64,000 nucleotides of DNA from NCBI GenBank assembly GCA_963821765.1, contig CAWGFF010000010.1, forward strand, positions 95,400 to 159,399, in the 5' to 3' direction. Under the pieces are notes generated by a model. It was not told where the DNA came from, searched no databases, and worked only from the letters and a program-made list of their open reading frames with translations. Source of the stretch: an uncultured Acidobacteriota bacterium. Lineage in GTDB: Bacteria > Acidobacteriota > Terriglobia > Acidiferrales > UBA7541. This document shows positions 58,007 through 64,000 of the stretch, piece by piece. Position numbers and translations under genes: made by a program. Position 1 is the stretch's first letter; the number at the start of each line of letters is the position of its first letter.

Positions 58007-58244
58007 TGGCTTCTATTTCCATATTCGCTTCGCAAAGAACCTGGCAACTGCGGCGCTGCGATTCTCCGTTGATTGCGACGCGGCATTCGAAGCAGGTGCC
58101 CATGCCGCAGAGAGGCGAGCGCGGCTGACCGGTCACCGACGCGCGGCAAGTTGCGCCGGAAGCGAGCACAGCGACAGCAACAGTGGCGCCGGCGCGCACA
58201 GTGACGAGTTTTCCATTGACGCGGACGGAGACGGATTCAGACAT
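57999..58244 (-). CDS. small (2Fe-2S)-binding subunit (LhpF/HcnA-like)
   Basis: ATG 58244 gives 81 aa: MSESVSVRVNGKLVTVRAG...PRSPLCGMGTCFECRVAINGESQRRSCQVLC. It has 8-nt overlaps with both neighbours. Confidence 0.7.
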   Translation of the reverse strand: MSESVSVRVNGKLVTVRAGATVAVAVLASGATCRASVTGQPRSPLCGMGTCFECRVAINGESQRRSCQVLCEANMEIEANG

Positions 58245-59364
58245 GGGCCTCCGCAGCCATTTGTCGCGACGGCAGATAAGGCTGAATGGGAATTGCGGGA
58301 CGCTGGCCGAGAATTTGCGCGCAGGCAAGTTTCGCTGTGGCGAGCGAGGTGGTGATGCCCAAGCCTTCGTGGCCGGCCGCAACTAAAACGGATGGGTCCT
58401 GTGGCGACGGGCCGATTAATGGGAGTTTATCGGGAGTGGCGGGGCGGAAGCCAGTCCACACGCGAATCGCCGAGAGAGAATTCAGGTCTGGCATGTATTC
58501 GAAGGCGCGTTGCAACATGCGCGAGAGAATGGATTCGTCCACGGCCGAATTTTCCGCACCGTATTGGCGTGACGAGCCGATTAGAATTTGGCCGCTTTTA
58601 CGGGGCTGCACGTTGAAGGCGACGGAATCGGCGGTGAGGGAGTGCGCGCTTTTCAGATAGCCGAGTTCGACGACCTGATGATGGAGGAAATTCGGATGAC
58701 GATCGGTGATGACCAGGTGGCCTTTGCGCGGTTTGATATTGATGCCGGGGCTGAGCTTCGGGGCGGATTGGCCGGCGGCGTTGATTATGAAGCCAGCCGC
58801 GAAAACGGTGCCGTCGGCGAGACGCGCGGCGCCTTTTCCGATTGCGGCGACTGGTTGGCCCTGAATGACGCGAGCTCCCAAGGCGCGAGCCTTCTGCAAC
58901 AAAAATTCCGCAGCGCACGGAGGGTAAATTACCGAATCTCCCGGCACGCGAAGACCGCCCGCAAGCGGCGTACGAAGGTGAGGTTCGGCATCGCGAACCT
59001 GCCGCGAATCGAGGATTTCCGCGTTTACGCCACGTTCGCGGTAATAATCAAATTTTCGGCTGACTTCGCGCATTTCGTCTTCATCGGCGGCCACCCACAG
59101 CGTGCCGCACGGGTCGAATTCAACGGACGCGGGAAGCTGATCGCGCAAATCGTCCCAGAGAATTTGCGAATAGCGCGTGATGGCAAATTGCGCTTCGGAA
59201 TCGTCCATTACCACGATGTGGCCCATGGCGGCACCAGTGGAGCCAGCGCTGGGAAATCCTTCGTCGATCACCAGAACGCGCAGGCCCTCCAAAGAGAGTT
59301 CCAGCGCGCAGGCGGCGCCGACGATACCGGCGCCGACAATAACAGCATCGGCGGGCTTGTTCAC
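58237..59364 (-). CDS. FAD-dependent oxidoreductase (DAO family), D-hydroxyproline dehydrogenase beta-subunit-like (LhpB)
   Basis: GTG start with a GTGA overlap onto the upstream stop. ADAVIVGAGIVGAACALELSLEGLRVLVID. Confidence 0.75.
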   Translation of the reverse strand: MNKPADAVIVGAGIVGAACALELSLEGLRVLVIDEGFPSAGSTGAAMGHIVVMDDSEAQFAITRYSQILWDDLRDQLPASVEFDPCGTLWVAADEDEMREVSRKFDYYRERGVNAEILDSRQVRDAEPHLRTPLAGGLRVPGDSVIYPPCAAEFLLQKARALGARVIQGQPVAAIGKGAARLADGTVFAAGFIINAAGQSAPKLSPGINIKPRKGHLVITDRHPNFLHHQVVELGYLKSAHSLTADSVAFNVQPRKSGQILIGSSRQYGAENSAVDESILSRMLQRAFEYMPDLNSLSAIRVWTGFRPATPDKLPLIGPSPQDPSVLVAAGHEGLGITTSLATAKLACAQILGQRPAIPIQPYLPSRQMAAEAHV

Positions 59365-60353
59365 GGGTAGATGCCATTACGAAAGGGATCGCGGGGGTCG
59401 AGAATCACATCCGCCTCCGATGTGATGAACGCGGAGCCTTTGATAATGGGCAGCACTTGGCCGTCCTCAATGCGAACTTGTCCTTCAAAAACGCTGCCGA
59501 CAATGCTTTCCTGACGCCAGACTTCGCCGGGTTTCAATTTTCCGTCAGCGTAGAGGCATGCGAGCTTGGCACTGGTGCCCGTGCCGCAGGGTGAACGGTC
59601 GTACGCTTTTCCAGGGCAGAGCACAAAATTCTGGCTTTGAATACCGGGTTTGCGCGAGGGACGAAATAATTCGACGTGGTCAATTTCTTTGCCGTCGGAG
59701 CCGGTGATGCCATTGGTCGCCAACGTCTGGCGAATGGCCCACGTAAATTCCGTCAACTTTTCAATATTTGCGGAATTCAACTCCACAGGATTATTGTTCA
59801 CCAGGAAAAACCAATTGCCGCCCCAGGCGACATCGCCGCTGACCGCGCCGTAACCCGGCACCTGGACCGTGACATCGGCAGCGGTGCGTTTGCTGGCGAC
59901 GTTAACGACGGTGACTTCGCCGGTCTCATGTAGAGTCGCGGTAACAGTGCCCACAGGCGTTTCGATGCGGTGATCGCCGTAGGTGATTCTCCCCAAGTAT
60001 GCGAGCGTGGTTACCAAGCCAATCGTGCCGTGCACACACATGCCGAGATATCCAACATTGTTGAAGAAAATTACTCCCGCGGCACTGGCCGGATCGGCAG
60101 GCTTGCAGAGGATTCCACCGACGACGACTTCGGAACCGCGCGGTTCGTTGGCGAGTGCGCTGCGGAGGTAATCGTGGTCGAGGCGAAAGCGTTCCATTTG
60201 CTTGGCGACGGAACCGCCGCCGAGGTCTGGGGCGCCGCTGACAACGATTCTGGTGGGCTCGCCACCGGTGTGAGAGTCAACGATATGAATACGCTCGACG
60301 GCGTCGAACATGTTCGCGGGGCTATTTTCAACACGTGGTTTGGTAAGACTCAT
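59361..60353 (-). CDS. 4-hydroxyproline 2-epimerase (proline racemase family, Cys/Cys type)
   Basis: IHIVDSHTGGEPTRIV. The first catalytic motif is GMCVHG and the second is DRSPCGTGTSAKLA. The start could instead be the internal Met at 60311. Confidence 0.75.
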   Translation of the reverse strand: MSLTKPRVENSPANMFDAVERIHIVDSHTGGEPTRIVVSGAPDLGGGSVAKQMERFRLDHDYLRSALANEPRGSEVVVGGILCKPADPASAAGVIFFNNVGYLGMCVHGTIGLVTTLAYLGRITYGDHRIETPVGTVTATLHETGEVTVVNVASKRTAADVTVQVPGYGAVSGDVAWGGNWFFLVNNNPVELNSANIEKLTEFTWAIRQTLATNGITGSDGKEIDHVELFRPSRKPGIQSQNFVLCPGKAYDRSPCGTGTSAKLACLYADGKLKPGEVWRQESIVGSVFEGQVRIEDGQVLPIIKGSAFITSEADVILDPRDPFRNGIYP

Positions 60354-61082
60354 GAGCAGGCTATCCGCTCCTCACACGGGACGCGAGTTTCGAACATGCA
60401 TTATTGCGTCTGACAGCAGACATTTGCGAGCGAAAATGCGGGGAGGAAGGGAGCAAGTACCAGGGAAAGTTGGTAAGGAGAAACTGAGGGTGCCCGGAAG
60501 AAGGAATCCGAAAAATGGAAGGAGGGAGTTTAAGTGCTTTGGATTCGTGGATGAGAGAAATGGGCATTGACGGGCAGCGGTGCATATAATATACATCGTG
60601 GGGATGCTAGGCAACCAAAAAAGGCAATGTGGGCTGAAAACGTTTACCGCGATTGGTACTGTTCGCGGAACGCGATAGGGTTTTTCCCAGTGCTTTCCGC
60701 AATTTACGGGCATCGGACGCGCTAGAAAGTAACGTGGATTACGCGGTCGAATATCTTTTTGTCGCGCGGCACGAGGGTACGGCGACCGGCGATCCGGTTC
60801 CGGCTGCGAACGGGTTGCAGTGCTTTGCGAAATGGCCAGGGCGCCGTGGCCACCCCGATGGCTTCGGGTGCCAGCAAGGAGGATGACGGGAACGGCAGAG
60901 CTTCCCCGGCCGCCCTTCCCAAAATCCTTCAGGTCGAATCGGGAACATGGTGGCTGGGCCGTCAGTGCTTGTTCGCGGGCTTAACAAATGCAGGCGGGCA
61001 TGATTAAAAAGTTTCGCATTGTACACAAACGAAGCGCCGCTAAGTTGTCCTGTGAAAACACCTCGCCGGAGGAACAAGTAAA

Positions 61083-63389
61083 ATGAAGCCCAGTTTCCGC
61101 GGATGGATTTTGGCTGCGATATTTTTCGTGTCCGCTGCAGCGCCGGCGAACGCGCAAGGCACACTCGCGGACTATCAGCGCGCCGAAAAATTCCTGCCCG
61201 GGAATTTGCGTCATCAGATTTACGTGGCGGATGTGACGCCGCACTGGATCGAGAAGGCCAGCCGCTTCTGGTATAGGAAGGCGGGGCCGCGCGGAACGGA
61301 ATTCATACTGGTGGATCCGGCGCAGAATACCAGCGCGCCTGCATTTGATCACGCGAAGCTGGCGGCGTCGCTCACGCGCGCGACGAAGCGGGAATATGCA
61401 GCTGCGCAGCTACCGTTCGACGGTTTCGAGTTCGCGAAGGATGGCCAATCCATTAATTTTCAATTGGAAGGCGCGGCGTGGACCTGCACTTTGGAGAAGT
61501 ACAACTGCAAGAAGTCCAGCGATACGCAACCTGGACCCTATGAAGATTTTTCTCCGAACGGGGCATGGGCCGCTTACGTGAAGGATCACAACCTTTACGT
61601 GCGCGACGTTTCCACTGGCTCTGTGCAACAAATTACGCGTGATGGCGAGGCGGGTTGGGACTATGCGACGCCGATTCCTTCGCTGCGGCCGATGGTGGCG
61701 CAAGGAACCGACGATGTAAAACAGCGCCCGGCGGTTTTCTGGTCGCCGGATTCATCGAAGCTGGTTACGTACCGGCTGGATTCGCGCAATGCGGGGCATT
61801 TCACGACGCTGCAGTTCGTTCCGCCGAATCAACTTCGGCCGAAGGCGTACGACGTGGTGTATCCGCTGCCGGGCGAGTCGTTGCCTACGGCCGAGCCGAT
61901 AATATTCGACGTTCCCTCGGGGAAGCGGACGGACATTAAGACCGCGCCGCTGGAAATTCGATTTCAGGGCGGGCCGGGTTTCGACTGGTATCCGGGCGGT
62001 AAGGGCATTTTTTACGACTACAGCGAGCGTGGAGAGAAGGCGATCGAATTTCGGGAAGTGGATCCAGAGACTGGCGGGCAGCGAGTGCTGGTCCGAGAAC
62101 AATCGAACCTCTATGTGGATCCGGGCGAGACCTTTTTTCGATTTGCGCACGAAAGCGGCGAGGTTGTGTGGACTTCGGAACGCGACGGCTGGAATCATTT
62201 GTATCTTTCTAGCGCAAAAACCGAGCAATTGATCAATCAGGTGACGCAGGGGCCGTGGGTGGTGCGGCAAATACTCTTTGTGGATGAAAAGGCCCGGCGA
62301 GTTTATTTTTCGGGATGCGGGCGCGAGAAGGACGAAGATCCCTATCTGATGCATGTCTACAGCGTGGGATTTGACGGTAAGGGACTGACGCTGCTAACGC
62401 CGGAAAATGCGAATCACATGGCGAGTGTGTCACCGGATGGCGCGTATTTTGTGGACAGTTATTCGCGGGCGGATTTGCCGGGGAAGGCGGTGCTGCGGCG
62501 CACTAAGGACGGCTCGGAAGTACGCGTGCTGGAGGAGACTGACGCTGCCGAGTTGCTGAAGACCGGCTGGAAATATCCTGAGCCTTTTCACGGAAAGGCC
62601 GCGGATGGCTCGACCGATCTATACGGATTGATTTGGCGACCTTCAAATTTCGATCCAGCGAGGAAATATCCAATCGTCGAGCAGGTGTACACCGGGCCGC
62701 AGGGATTTTTTGTTCCGAAATCGTTTGGGCAGGCGAACCGCGGCGGTCTGCAATCAGTTGCGGAATTGGGATTTATCGTGGTGATGGTGGATGGACGCGG
62801 GACGACGGGGCGCTCGCGCGCGTTTCACGAATACTCGTACCGAAATTTGGGCGGATCGTTTGAAGATCATGTGGCGATGATCAAACAGATGGCGGCGCGC
62901 TACCCGTACATGGATATCGAGCGCGTGGGAATATGGGGAACTTCGGCGGGCGGTTACGGTGCGGCGCACGCGATGCTGGTGTTTCCGGAATTTTACAAAG
63001 TGGGAGTGACAATTTCCGGAGATCACGACGCGCGGCTGGATAAGGCGTGGTGGAACGAGCTGTATCAGGGATACCCGCTGCAAGAGAACTACGTCGCGCA
63101 ATCGAATGTGACCATGGCCGGGAAGTTGCAGGGGCATTTGCTGATCGTGCACGGCGATATTGATGACAATGTGCATCCCGTGGAGTCGATGCGTTTTGTG
63201 GACGCTTTGATGAAGGCGAATAAGAACTTTGACATGCTTTTCGTGCCGAATATGTATCACGGAGAAGGCGGCAATCTCTACTTGATCCGGCGGCGATGGG
63301 ATTATTTCGTGGAGTATTTGTTGGGAGTGACGCCGCCGAGTGGATTTGAAATTCATGAGGATCGGGAGGAGCCTGCGCGCGGCCGTTGA
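61083..63389 (+). CDS. S9B dipeptidyl-peptidase IV-type (X-Pro) serine peptidase, secreted
   Basis: Signal peptide MKPSFRGWILAAIFFVSAAAPANA. DPP-IV-type N-propeller (FSPNGAWAAYVKDHNLYVRDVSTG...ITRDG). Catalytic GIWGTSAGGYG, HGDIDDNVH, MYHGEG. Confidence 0.8.
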   Translation: MKPSFRGWILAAIFFVSAAAPANAQGTLADYQRAEKFLPGNLRHQIYVADVTPHWIEKASRFWYRKAGPRGTEFILVDPAQNTSAPAFDHAKLAASLTRATKREYAAAQLPFDGFEFAKDGQSINFQLEGAAWTCTLEKYNCKKSSDTQPGPYEDFSPNGAWAAYVKDHNLYVRDVSTGSVQQITRDGEAGWDYATPIPSLRPMVAQGTDDVKQRPAVFWSPDSSKLVTYRLDSRNAGHFTTLQFVPPNQLRPKAYDVVYPLPGESLPTAEPIIFDVPSGKRTDIKTAPLEIRFQGGPGFDWYPGGKGIFYDYSERGEKAIEFREVDPETGGQRVLVREQSNLYVDPGETFFRFAHESGEVVWTSERDGWNHLYLSSAKTEQLINQVTQGPWVVRQILFVDEKARRVYFSGCGREKDEDPYLMHVYSVGFDGKGLTLLTPENANHMASVSPDGAYFVDSYSRADLPGKAVLRRTKDGSEVRVLEETDAAELLKTGWKYPEPFHGKAADGSTDLYGLIWRPSNFDPARKYPIVEQVYTGPQGFFVPKSFGQANRGGLQSVAELGFIVVMVDGRGTTGRSRAFHEYSYRNLGGSFEDHVAMIKQMAARYPYMDIERVGIWGTSAGGYGAAHAMLVFPEFYKVGVTISGDHDARLDKAWWNELYQGYPLQENYVAQSNVTMAGKLQGHLLIVHGDIDDNVHPVESMRFVDALMKANKNFDMLFVPNMYHGEGGNLYLIRRRWDYFVEYLLGVTPPSGFEIHEDREEPARGR

Positions 63390-63438
63390 CAGCCCGAGGT
63401 AATCGATAAGCGCTCGCCGTTTTCGACGCCCCGAGTGT

Positions 63439-64000
63439 TCATTCTGCTCTGCCCCAGATGTCTCCTACTGTGTAGCCGGTCGGAAACGGATCGTCGGAAT
63501 CGAGGACGTATTGCGCGATGCCGGTGATCCAAGCGCTGCCGCTAATTGTGGGAACTACGGCGGGGTAGGGGCCGACGCGCTTTTCGGCGATCAGACGGCC
63601 GGTGAAAGTCGTGCCGAGGATTCCTTCGTGCACAAAATCCTGATGCAGCGGCAGCTTGCCTTTGGCGTGAAGCGTGGCCATTTTTGCGCAGGTTCCGGTA
63701 CCGCAGGGCGAACGATCGAGTGCGCCGGTCCACGAAGCGGGCCGCTTCCAATCTAGTTTGCCCGTGGAGACGATTACGGTGTTCTTGCAGTCGGAGCGCG
63801 GATGGTCCCCAGGCGCGGAAAGTTGGGCAATGGTGATGCCTGCGATGGCGGAATTTTCCGGATGAACCGCGCGGAGTTGTTCATTTGCGGCGGCTTTGAT
63901 CATTTCGGCGACGCGGACGATGTCGCGCGCGTCGTCTGGGGTTAGATGGAAGCCCAGAGGCGCGGAGTCGGCGATGACGTAGAACATGCCGCCGTAGGCG
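63439..64000 (-). CDS. proline racemase-family protein, C-terminal part (gene continues beyond window end)
   Basis: DRSPCGTGTCAKMATLHAKGKL...GSAWITG. The frame stays open upstream of the track Met (…AYGGMFYVIAD). Confidence 0.75.
   Translation of the reverse strand, partial: AYGGMFYVIADSAPLGFHLTPDDARDIVRVAEMIKAAANEQLRAVHPENSAIAGITIAQLSAPGDHPRSDCKNTVIVSTGKLDWKRPASWTGALDRSPCGTGTCAKMATLHAKGKLPLHQDFVHEGILGTTFTGRLIAEKRVGPYPAVVPTISGSAWITGIAQYVLDSDDPFPTGYTVGDIWGRAE

Noticed and set aside
60372-61164. Several 60-140-aa ORFs on both strands in the hyp/DPP-IV gap.
   Set aside because: They have no RBS, a biased composition, overlap each other mutually and carry no motifs. I treat the region as non-coding or decayed (see the finding on 60354-61082).

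Overview
This is a 64-kb chromosomal segment of roughly 60% GC. I recognised no rRNA, tRNA, CRISPR array, transposase or integrase in it. The gene content points to Acidobacteriota, but that is an inference only. The supporting features are three CRTAC1/ASPIC-UnbV paralogs with TPR proteins, a >1300-aa TonB receptor with a carboxypeptidase-regulatory-like N-domain, giant NHL/SBBP surface proteins and many Tat signals.

Layout:
- 1-383: 5' end of an APC permease gene that runs off the window and is missing from the ORF track.
- 0.7-12.8 kb: two giant secreted surface-protein genes. They share a ~1.45-kb near-identical 3' module plus downstream non-coding DNA.
- 13.2-25.7 kb: GH13 amylase-family gene, a small secreted protein, S9 and S10 peptidases, a secreted protein whose mature N-terminus looks like a TIMP/NTR inhibitor domain, an OmpA-family protein, a ROK kinase and a DUF885 putative metallopeptidase.
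- 25.9-32.4 kb: GH31 plus two large uncharacterised Tat-exported proteins.
- 32.5-44.9 kb: TPR / 3x CRTAC1 / TPR / TonB receptor.
- 45.4-64 kb: GH127, LacI, ribulokinase, HAD, GH51, then a GntR-linked trans-4-hydroxy-L-proline catabolic operon, a DPP-IV-type peptidase and a second proline-racemase-family gene (partial).

I read the 45.4-64 kb block as a candidate locus for using hydroxyproline-rich glycoproteins (extensins).

Intergenic DNA is populated by two families of short repeats, REP-like hairpin-CTACA units and purine-rich CACAGAGAA units. All copies I saw are in the same orientation.

All family assignments come from motif recognition by eye. No searches were run.
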